From positions 43,586,001 through 43,650,000 of the forward strand of contig CM114271.1 in assembly GCA_050084515.1 (NCBI GenBank): DNA of 64,000 nt. Direction: 5' to 3'. The DNA is from Blasia pusilla. Lineage: Eukaryota. The notes beneath the pieces were generated by a model. That model was not told the DNA's origin and made no database searches. It saw only the letters and a list, made by a program, of their open reading frames with translations. Below are positions 53,501-64,000 of this stretch, one piece after another. Both the position numbers and the translations under genes were made by a program. Position 1 is the first letter of the stretch. Every line of letters begins with the position of its first letter.

Positions 53501-54599
53501 AAGAGTTGGTGATGTTGTTAGTGTGCAGGCAGAGAGGGCGATGGGAGAAGTGAGTGTGACGACTCCTATTGTTGATGCTCAAGAGGGGCATGTGTCGAGC
53601 ACGTTGTTGTGGGCGGCCACCGTTGTGTACCGCACTCCTTTATTTTCTGCTTCCGGCATCACGTTCAGAGGTGATTGCAGAGGAGGTGATGGACCTGCCC
53701 TTGGAGCAGATGCTCGGGCCGTCCATGTCAAATTCATGGCAGGTTGCGGCTACTAGGATGGCGGAGATGCCCGCTAGACCCGTGATAGAGCGTGCCATGG
53801 CTTCTCTTTGTGTTGTATTGCTGGATAGCCGAGGAGAGATCTTCCAGTTTGTGAGTCCCGGAGGTAGAGCTTTTAGTTCGCAGTGTGTCTTGTTGGATTC
53901 AGGAGCGCAACCCCAAATATTGGGGAAAGCGTCATTCAGAGTATTAGGCTTGACGAGAGTCGATGTGGAGCCTTGTCCTTTCCGGATACAGACATCCTTG
54001 GGTGGAGCGAGTACCACAGAGTATATCACCCAACAGGAGGTTGTGGTGAGAATTCGCTCCAGACATCCTACAGATGAGTCCGTGGTGCGAACCAAGGCCA
54101 TAGTGACTGATGCTGAGTCCTACGACGTCTTGGTTGGTGGAGCAGTGTTATACCCGATGGGGTTTTCCCTGGATTACTGGGAGGAGTCAGCGTCCTACAG
54201 ACCAAGATGGCAATCAGGCGATGGGCGCATTAGCTCATTAGCTCATTCGATTCAGAGGTGCAGTGGTCGAGCGACGGCTTGGAGAGGTGGCGACCTTAGC
54301 AGCATTTAGCAGTGCCATCACTTGGCCTAGTGATTTGATTGAGGGATATGTCCATGCAGAGGATACTCCCGTTCCTGACATTTCTATGGAGAGGAGTGTT
54401 AGTTGCATCATTATGTGGAGGAGAGGTGCCGTTGTGGGGCTTGACTGAGGAGCTTCGACGATTGGCAGATGAGCACGTGCAGACCGCGGGGAGCAAGCCG
54501 TTTGAATCGAAGCGTGACGGGTCTGAGGACCCCGAGGTAGGAGGGAGTGCTATGGTGACACCCTTGGATACCACATTGATTATGTGGTGTACCCGGGAG

Positions 54600-55560
54600 G
54601 AGGGTATTCGAGTGTTAGATCTCTTTGGAGGGATGAGCACCGGATTACCTGGTATTTTGCAGGCAAGAGAGCGAGTACAACAGTACCTGTATGTGGAGAG
54701 TGATGATGTTGCGAGGCGCGTCTCACTATGACATGTGGCGCAGTTACGCCTATATTTTCCCAACTTATTGTCTGCATCCGCGGTACAGGGGTACTATGGT
54801 TCCCTATCGAGGGATATTTCGTTGTTGGGGGGCAGGACTTAGAGCGGTAGGGACCATTGATTTGGTCATTTCCGGTTGGCCATGTCGGGAGCCAATTGAG
54901 TCTTTGAGGCAAGCGGGTTGGGTGACACTCGGTCCAGGTTATTTTGGGAGATGTTGAGGATCTTACGGCAGTTGCAGGAGCACCAGTCTCGTTCTCCAGC
55001 CTACATTCTGGAGAATGTGCCGATCTTAAGAGACTCCAGGTCACGGGGGGTGACGAGTGCTCATCAGGTGCGTGCTTGGATCGGCCCAGCTGTGTTCTTG
55101 GATGCGGCGAGTGTAGGTTCTAGAGCCCATCGCTCGCGTCTATGGTGGACCAACTTGGTGCCCCATGCGGTGTTACGGAGGGCGTATGCGAGAGTGGAGC
55201 GCCCCTCCCATTTGTTAGTGAATTCCATTCTTGATCTAGGTCGTCGCTTATAGGCAGTGAGGCAAGATGATCGACCACCGTTGATTGTGGTTAACACGGT
55301 AGGGAGGCCGCGGGCAGCCTTTCCCACGTATGTGAGTTTTCCCGCTTCCTATGCATACAAGGAGGCCGGTCCTAGATTGGTTTGGGATGACCAGGTTCAG
55401 AGGTTGGTGGAGCCCAACGCCGACAAGAGAGAGCGGGCAATGGGATTTCCCACAGGATTGACGGCAGTACCGTCAGTATCAGAGGCCTCACGACACCATG
55501 TCTTGGGTCATGCAATGGATCTGAATTGTTTGACATGGATCTCCAGCTTGGGAGTGGCTG
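54600..55560 (+). pseudogene. C5 cytosine-specific DNA methyltransferase domain embedded in the retrotransposon pol region
   Basis: Motif I IRVLDLFGG (~54606-54632), motif II YVESD, motif IV IDLVISGWPC (PC at 54880-54885), GLGDTRSRLF, motif VI YILENV (55011), motif VIII AHRSRLWWTN (~55125-55155), motif IX ERAMGFP (~55430), motif X LGHAMD (~55503); disrupted by stops at 54729 and 55251 and by frameshifts. Confidence 0.9.
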
Positions 55561-58397
55561 AGCAACGTTGTATGAGATGGCGACAGATCACAGCGGTTGC
55601 GTTGGTGAACCCCATGCGTACCAAGACGGTGGAGGCAGTGGCAAGTGGCGAGACCTGAGGAGATCTACACACCAGGGCAGATCAGGAGAGACACCCTTGG
55701 ACTTCTTGGGATGTTTTGCAGGTACGTCAGGAGATGATAGCCACAGCATCGAGTGTGGTTCCGGGCACTACACGTGGAGGAGATCGGAGTTTGCACTTGG
55801 CTACAGGAGAGCGGCCAAGTGTTATTGTTCGAGACGGGGTTGCACCATACCAACCACCGATATCCGTGCCCGAGAGTCCTACTGTAGTCACAATGGTGAC
55901 TTGGGAGCCAGATATGGGCCCTAAGTTGACAGGAGGAGAACGGCGCCGAATACATCAATTCCTTGGGAGTTATAGGAGCTGCTTTGCGTTTAGCATGGAG
56001 GATTTGGGTACGTTGAAGGGACCGGGGCTTCGCATTGAGTTGTCAAGTGATATGCCGATCTTCCGACGACCCTACAGGTACAGTGATATGGAGAGGGCTA
56101 TGATTCAGAGTAGGAGCCAGGACTTGGTCAGAGCAGGACTACTGGAGATGTCGCATGGGGAGTATGTATCTGCCATTGTCATGTCTGCTAAGAAGGATGT
56201 GCATGGCAAATGGACAGATAGGCGGATGTGTGGGGATTACCGACCTATCAATCGGCAGACAAAGTCCGATAGGTATGCCATACCCACCCGTGAGGAGATC
56301 TTTGATACGATTGGTCATGCAAAGGTCTTCAGTTCATTGGATTTGCGAGCCGGATACCATTAGCTGCCTATCAGATTGGTGGACATGCAGAAGACGGCAT
56401 TTTGGGGCATCGATCCTCACGAGAAGGATTGTTTGTACTAGTGGCATTTGGGTTAAAGAACGCCCCGGTTGAGTTTGAGAGGGTCATGGATAGAATCTTG
56501 GCTCGTTTGGATTTTGCTAGGTGTTATATTGATCATATCGTAGTCTTTAGCGCCACGGTTGAGGAGTATGAGCGACATCTGGAGGAGGTATTTTGAGTAC
56601 TTGGGTCATACAATATACCTAGGGGGCCTTGGTGTTTAGCACACGAAGGTAGAAGCTATCTCTCGCATTGCACGCCCTACAGAGTGCTTGGCTACAGTGT
56701 GGGCAATCGCGCATTTCAAGTGTTACTTATTCGGCAACTCTTTTACCATCATCATTGATCATCAACCACTAAAGTGGTTGATGGGGTCCGACAAGCTTAC
56801 AGGGAAGCTTGCGAGATGGGCTCTGTTGTTGCAGGAGTATGATTTTCAGGTGGTAGATAGACCTGGGACGCTCAACCAAGATGCACATGGGTTGAGTTGT
56901 AACCCATGCCCGAGTCAGCGAGATGCGATTGGAGCTCGGTGGCATGGAGAGATTAATGAGGAGTCAGTGTCAAGATGGCACGCGTCAGCCTATTTAGGCA
57001 TGTTGGCTATGGAGAGCCAGAGTGTGGAGACTTCGATGGCGAGGTCTAGTGGAGAGTCCTTGGATCCCGAGGCCAATGAGGAGACGAAAAGTGGCCGAGA
57101 TATTCATGATGATGGAGTAGTCTTGGAGTACCTTCGATCGGGCACGTTGCGAGCACCGTGGGTGCTAGAGAGCGGGATCGGATCCTACAGAGGGCCAGAC
57201 GGTTCCGTTGGGAGGGGACACATGTTTTGAGGGTTTGGGAGGATGGGAGAGTATGCATAGTGCCGCATCCTTTGCAGAGAGCACGAATAGTACAGCATGC
57301 CCACGAGGAGTTGGGTCACTTTAGGGTGAAGCACACGTACAGCTTTCTCCAGATTTAGTATTGATGGCGAGGCATGCAGACTGATGTTCAGCAGTTTGTT
57401 GCCACGCACATGGTATGTGATCGGGTTTGAGCATCGTTCAATGCTTCGACTCCACAATTGCATCCATTACCTATCATGGGCTTAGGGTATAGATGGAGTT
57501 TGGGTTTTGCATGACCTTTGCCTTTAACGGAGCGTCACAGTCGTTATGTGTTGGTGATGATCGAACACTTCTCGAAGTGGATCGAGTTGGTTGCATTGCC
57601 TGACAAAGCGAGTGAGGGAGTAGCTTATGCCTTCCTTGACAGAGTGCAAAGTCATTATGGCGCACCAGCTGAGGTGTTGACAGACCAGGGTACCGAGTTT
57701 CGCGATGAGTTCTAAGCCTTGTGTGATCAAGCGCTGATCGACCATCGCACGACTTGGCGAGATCATCCAGAGGCGGATGGATTAGCGGAGAGAGTTGTGC
57801 AGATGGTGAAGAGGGGTTTACACAAGAACGGCTTGTTGAGAGGTCACCTAGGAGATTGGGACCTCCAGTTTCCATGGTTGGCAATGGGATACAAGTAGCA
57901 AGTAGGCATCCTTAGCGTCTTTTTCACCATACTTGCTACTTTATGGCCGAGAGCCAGATTTACCAACGGCCATTCGTTGAGATGCTGGTGAGGTGCTGCA
58001 CCTTGATGACACAGATGTATGGATGCGAGCATGTTCTCACAGGGCTTAGTTGTTTTGGAGAGTGATGCCCATGGCGTTTGAGAACTTGGCGATTGCGCAA
58101 CATCGGGATACGTTGATGTATGCAACTATTCGAGGTGGTGGTTATCGACCAACTATCTTAAGGTTTCATCAAGGAGATTATGTCTACTTACAGGAGATGA
58201 CACCAACAACGCTGTATGTGACTGCAGGACGCACTATCCTGAGAGTACGTGACGTTTTGCCATCCGGTGTTCTCTTGCTGGAGGGACGCGATGGTATGGT
58301 ATGGAAGGACCATGTGCGTAATTGTGCGCCATGTCACCTTCTTAACATTGATGGTACAATAGATCCGAGCTCAAGAGTGGTTCTTGCAGGCTTGCGT

Positions 58398-58533
58398 TGT
58401 ATGTTGTGTGGTTCTGCTCGTGATGCGGCCACAATACTAGTCTATGATGGATGTTCGAGAGATTGGCATATGGCGTGTCTGACGGCACCTCGGACACATC
58501 CATCGTCTCGGACGATGGATGTGTCCCAGATGT
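58398..58533 (+). other. PHD finger at the integrase C-terminus (frameshifted)
   Basis: CMLC...LVYDGC...WHMACL then, after a frameshift, GRWMCPRC: a Cys4-His-Cys3 pattern with one Cys replaced by Tyr. Confidence 0.82.
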
Positions 58534-58855
58534 ACATAGAGGAGGTAGTAGGTAGGTTTCAATTCTGACTTTTTGTGTGACATGGATGACAGGAAGTCCA
58601 CTAACGATGGGGCCATATGAGCACCCGGCCTTTCTACTCTTAGCGTGCTAGAGATGTATGTCGTGGTAGGTAGGAATAGATGGCTATCTAGAGTTAGAGG
58701 GACCTAACCACCACCTACGGGGGCGATTGGAGATATTTTGGTACTTCTCGCCTCTGTTTATGGATGTCATGAGTTAGCATGGGATCGTGTGTGTTTGTGT
58801 GTGTGTTCGATGACAACGATGTATGTTGTGTAGCGATGTGTATGCGCACGACAGC

Positions 58856-59491
58856 TGTCACGATTGTTAGGATAGATCGGTGGGATCTAGCAGAGCGTCC
58901 GCACAAGTAGTGGAGGACATGCCTAAGAGGTTGAGGATGACCTGTTGAGGCCCCGGAAAACCTGAGAGAGCAAGTATCCCTTTCGTTTCGGCTCATTTGG
59001 AGCCATATTGAGAAACTTACTATTTTAGATAAGTAACATTTTGAGTATATGATTGACTTTCTATTTTTGGTAAGTGGCCCTTGACCTCCTACATCAGGTC
59101 AAGAGCCAAGGAGGTGACTTGGGAGCATAGGTTACCATGGAGAGAGCTTGGGATAGGGGAGGGGTATACCTCAATGAGCTTGAGAGCTCATTCTCTCTTT
59201 GTTGAACCTCTTGGCATGAGGCGGCGGAGCTATGGTCCCTTGCCTTGTGAGTGTAACCCAAGCCTCTCATTAGGAGAGTGGGTTTGGTTTGACATGAGTG
59301 AGAGTGCACACCTTTGAGAGCTATGGTGTGAGATGGTATAGAGAGAGATTAGATCTCACTTTTATTGGAGATATTTTGGTACGTCTCGCCTCTATGTATG
59401 GATGCCATGAGTTAGCATGGGATGGTGTGTGTTTGTGTGTGTGTTTGATGACAGCGATGTATATCATGTAGGGATGTGTATGCGCACGACA
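58856..59491 (+). repeat. LTR copy (~636 bp, TG...CA) with a partial LTR 3' end just upstream (58725-58853) and another partial copy downstream (~59530-59870)
   Basis: Starts tgtcacg and ends tgcgcacgaca. The 3' block attggagatattttggtac...atgagttagcatggga...tgcgcacga recurs at ~58727, ~59365 and ~59744. Confidence 0.75.
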
Positions 59492-61509
59492 AGATGAACT
59501 ACAAGCATACGTTATCGTGGCGATGGCTTGGGAGATGGAAGGGGGTATACCTCAAAGAGAGAGAGCTTGAGAGCTCATTCTCTCTTTGTTGAACCTCTTG
59601 GCATGAGGCGGTGGAGCTATGGTCCTCTTTGCTTTGTGTGTGTAACCCAAGCCTCTCATTAGGAGAGTGGGTTTGGTTTGACATGAGAGAGAGAGAGAGA
59701 GTGCACATCATGGAGAGTTTGGTGTGAGAGATTTGATCGATTTATTGGAGATATTTTGGTACTTCTCATCTCGTTGTTTGGATGCCATGAGTTAGCATGG
59801 GATCGTGCATTTTTATGTGTATGCTCGGTGATAGCCATGTTTGTTGTGTTGCGATGAGTATGTGCACGAAAAAGCACTAACTATTACGCAAGGGGGCTTC
59901 AATAGATTAGAGGAAAAAAACTCATAAATGCCCTCAACTCTCAAGGCGGCTTGAGCTTCTATTGTGAAGTCAAAATTACATATGAAAAAGTTACATCAAC
60001 GAAATATTTTATGACCTATCTAACTCATAAAACTTATGTGGAGGCTTTGGTAGTTGTTTTTACTTACTAACATCTACATAGTGAGTACATGCTACAGGGA
60101 TCTAATAAAAAAAAACAAGACAAAATGAACAAAAAGACATGTACATATAGATAACAAGACTATCACAAAATGAGCCTCCAGCCTCTTACTCAAGGCTCTA
60201 AATCTATCACTAATCATGGATATGTCCGCGGAGTCATGTCCATCCTATGGATGGACATGTCTGTACGGGCCCAAGCACCCGCGGCCCGCACTCGAGCTTG
60301 CCGCGTAGATCGGGCTTGATGGAGCTTGCATACGTTGCGTGGCCCACAACGAGGCCTGTAGGGCGGGCTTAGGCTCGTGCAGGGTCCCAAGCTCGCACTA
60401 CCCAAGTCTACGCGAAAGGCTCGGCTGCAGCGAGAGCGCTGGCGCTTGGGTGTGGGCCAGGCATGTCCTTCCCATGGGCGGACTTGTCCGTTTCCATGCA
60501 ACCTTGTGCACATTCATGTCTCCTCCTCTACAAGTGCTCAAATGAAATGGGGAAATAAAAAAATAGGTTTGAATAGGGATAAGTGGAAAATGCTCAAGGT
60601 TGCCAATCAAAGAGGGCAAGAACAAGAAACGAGCAAATCACAAGCACAAAATTGAATCTATACACAATCAACAACATGGTAGACAAGGAGCACGATAGGT
60701 TAATGATCAGATGCAAGAGAAGAGCGAGAGGGAAATATCCGTGAGAGCTTTGTGAGGTGGAGTGTGCAAGTACCGCAATTCTGTGGTGACAATGGCTTCT
60801 ACAAAGCAAGAAGCCGCCGGCTTGGAGTTGACTTGTGCAAGAGGGATAACTCATCGAGTGTGTTGTTGGAATCCGCCAAGTAATGAGTGGGTCTCATGAG
60901 GGCAAATCTCCTACAATGTCAAATATAGATCAAAGGCATAAGAGTTAGAGTAGACTCGCTAGAGGCAGACAACGGTCCCCAGTCTAAATATTAGAGATGG
61001 GCCCAAGGTCTGAGTAGGGTAGAAGGTTGAGGTAGGTTTGGTAATTGGGATTGGGTTTAGGGTGGGAGCTCAAGGTTTCAAGTCTTGGGAATTTTTTTAT
61101 TTCAATATTTTATTTCCACTACTTTTTTCATTTTATAAGGTCATTTATTTCTTTATTATATTTTTCTGATTTTTTAATTTGACTCCAAGGTTTGTAGGGA
61201 TATTTTTATTCCATTTTTCTAGGGTCTTTTTTTCTTTTTTTCATCCAAAATACTTTTTCACAACTCTCCTCTTTTTTGCATTATTTAGATGCCAAGTCGT
61301 GATCACATATTTGTTGACATGGAGAGAAAAGCACTTTATGATATCACTAATGAACCACTTACACTTCATAGTACAAGGAGAAAATTTTCCTTATTAGATT
61401 ACACATCTCACATATAAGAAAAATTATTTTCCTTCATATATATGAGAAGATTTATTTTATGTGTTGAGAAAGTAGTGTTGAATTAGAGAAAGGCATCTTC
61501 TTAAGAAGA

Positions 61510-62158
61510 TATCGTGCGCATACACATCGCTACACAATATACATCGCTGTCACCGAACACATACACAAATACGCACTATCCCATGCTAACTTATGGCATC
61601 CAAACAACGAAACAAGAAGTACCAAAATATCTCCAATAAAAGTAAGATTCAATCTCTCTCTACACCATCTCACACCATAGCTCTCAAAGGTGTGCACTCT
61701 CACTCATGTCAAATCAAACCCATTCTCCTAATGAGAGGCTTGGGTTACATTCACAAGGCAAGGGACCATAGCTCCGCCGCCTTATGCCAAGAGGTTCAAC
61801 AAAACAAAGAAAGAATGAGCTCTCAAGCTCTCTCTCTCTTTGAGGTATATCCCTCCCCTCTCCCAAGCTCTCTCCATGGTAACCCATGCTCCCAAGTCAC
61901 CTCCTTGGCTCTTGATTTGATGTAGGAGGTCAAGGGCCACTTACCAAAAATATAAAGTCGATCACATATTCAAAATGGTACTCATCTAAAATAGTAAGTT
62001 CCTCAATATGGCTCGAAATGAGCCGAAACGAAGGGGAAACCTGCTCTCTCCAGTGTCCCGTGGCCTCAACAGGTCATCCTTGACCTATTGAGCTTGTCCT
62101 CCGTTACTCATGAAGGCGCTCTACTAGATCTCACCGATCTATCGTAAGAGACGTGACA
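61510..62158 (-). repeat. Solo LTR of the same family, inverted, with target-site duplication
   Basis: Reverse complement aligns end to end with 58856-59491; flanked by AAGA (61506-61509 and 62159-62162), or AAGAT if the terminal base was lost. Confidence 0.8.
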
Positions 62159-64000
62159 AAGATCTCTTTAAATTTTGATTTTCTTCATTTCCCCTAAAAT
62201 TTGCACAGATTTCCTACTCCTTTTGATCCTACGGAAATGCTTGATTTTAAATTTTTCTTTCTTGCGGAAGCTTTAAAAACATTGTGCTATTTTAGTGAAG
62301 AAAAAAGCACACCGAACGAAAATAGAACAAGTTTTCTTCATTGGAACATCTCCAATGTAAGTTCATTTGATACTCAACTTTCCATTCAATCAATAGGTCA
62401 AAAGTTTCCTTTCACATTATTTTTTACATATCTTCAATAATTATTTATTTATAAATTTTTCATATTGTTCCAGGCTTATGATCCATCAAATCTTGTAGAT
62501 ATATATTTTTTGGAAGGTTTTGTATGGCGAAGCCCAAAAACAAAAACATGCTAATTGCTCTCATAAGATGGCAGTTCTAAAACCAAAAACTAGACCTACC
62601 AACAAGAGTATAAAAGAAGAAGGAAATCATGGTTGACAATCCAAGTCCATTTATAAGTTATACTTAAATATAAATGTCCCTATTTAGATAACTTTCTTAT
62701 TTTTTTGTTTTTCTAGATCTTTGCTTATGAGGATTCACCATTCATATCGTTGCATTGTCTATTCACATAACTTTTGGATCTTATTTCAAGCCTTTGAGCG
62801 AGGATGCAATTACGGATGTGATAGATCATGGTGTTCATCTTGGAGCTAGGAAAGATGAATTTATTTAAGATGATTCTATACTTTAAGTGAGAGGTTGCCA
62901 CTTATGTATCATCAAGAGTTCAGCAACTTAACATCACATCCTATGAAGTTTTTGGAGAATGCTTTTGCAATTGGGCCAACTACTTATGTACTACATAGAG
63001 TTGAGATATCTACCATTACCCCTACTATTCACGATGATTTCTTCACACATATAGATGAAGTCATTGAGAATGCGTCTATACTTTGTATAACTCAAGATGA
63101 AGTTATCTTAAGAGTTGATCAAATGTCTTCTATAATTCATGGAATTGTGTCACAAATACAAAGTGCCACCATACCATATGCTTCTATAATTTATATTTCG
63201 TCTAATATTAATATAGTTTTAAGAGTAAGAAAATAACTTCCTTGAAAGTGGTGTAGGAAATTTGCAATTACAAAGATTTTGGATCAAATAAGTGGTTCTC
63301 ATATCTTGAAGCCATCTTTTGCATTCTTGAAATCATTGATTTCAGGTGTTGATCCTTGAAGCTTTCATTTTCTTACTCATGTCTTGGCTTATAATTTTAC
63401 ACTTCAACTAGCTTCTACACAATAGAGTGCAAATAAATGAGCAAGTTGGTAGATACAAAGATACACAACCACACCATGGCTAGCTGAATGTGCTCACATT
63501 CTGAAAATCATCAATAGAGAACCGAACATGATTTCCTTCATCAAAAGAAAAGAATTGCCGTTTTTTCAACCAATGTCCGGGTCCAACTAGTGCATTCCAT
63601 GAAAAATTTCATTACTCAGATATGATGAGATTCAATCCTAGAAAGAGAGAATGAACATGGTAAGAGAATACCTCAGAACCCACAAGCAAGATGCAGGGAG
63701 AGTCCCACACAAAACTAAATTCAATTCCTTCAACAGGATTTGAACGAGCAAGATATTCTAGTACAAAACCCTGCCGGAAGTTTCCCATGTGTGTGGGCTC
63801 AATAAAATATCTATTTCATATTCCCCATAGCAGCAGTGCTGTTTGGAACAAGGGCGCAATAACTAACCTTCATATTACAAGTTGCCAAAGCACTTTACTG
63901 TCCAATGATGAAACGGTAGTTGTTTGAAAGGGAGCTCATTGAAGGAAAATTCACAATGATTCAGGATTCGCCAGTATTCCTTATGAAAGAACACAAAATT

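Larger units (their letters stand above)
51960..58568 (+). mobile_element. Decayed Ty3/Gypsy LTR-retrotransposon internal region: gag (2 Zn knuckles) - protease - C5 DNA methyltransferase - RT - partial RNase H - integrase - PHD finger
   Basis: Knuckles CWSYGGTHHQRDC and CDYCQRYGHTHARC; protease LLDSGA (~53890); RT RMCGDYRPIN, SSLDLRAGYH*, FGLKNAP, CYIDHIVVFS; RNase H ECLATVWAIAHFKCYL...DHQPLKWL; integrase HEELGH, YVLVMIEHFSKW, VLTDQGTEF, HPEADGLAER. PR-RT-RH-INT order indicates Ty3/Gypsy. Many stops, frameshifts and two internal deletions (~56595, ~56680). Confidence 0.93.

Noticed and set aside
54600-55560. Host DRM/DNMT3 gene interpretation of the methyltransferase
   Set aside because: Intronless, unpermuted motif order, no UBA or PWWP/ADD domains, and placed between protease and RT in the same orientation
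62895-64000. ORF fragments at the right edge
   Set aside because: Multiple stops and no identifiable domain

Overview
Eukaryotic, repeat-rich genomic DNA. It is most likely from a non-seed land plant such as a liverwort; this is inferred from gene content and intron style and is not proven. A compact island of three intron-containing host genes lies at about 25.7-37.2 kb: dihydroorotase (minus), an ASY4-like meiotic axis protein (plus) and an SCS-like EF-hand calcium sensor (minus). Decayed transposons flank the island. These are a CRE-like non-LTR retrotransposon running off the left edge, two intron-containing autonomous-type Helitrons (2.4-8.5 kb minus; 37.9-48.6 kb plus), several mini-Helitrons including a head-to-tail array, a CACTA transposase remnant, and a cluster of ~640-bp LTRs. 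The most unusual object is a decayed Ty3/Gypsy retrotransposon (~52-58.6 kb). Its pol region carries a full set of C5 cytosine DNA methyltransferase motifs between the protease and the RT, plus a PHD finger after the integrase, so a chromatin writer and a reader sit in one retroelement. All family assignments come from manual translation and motif recognition; no searches were run.
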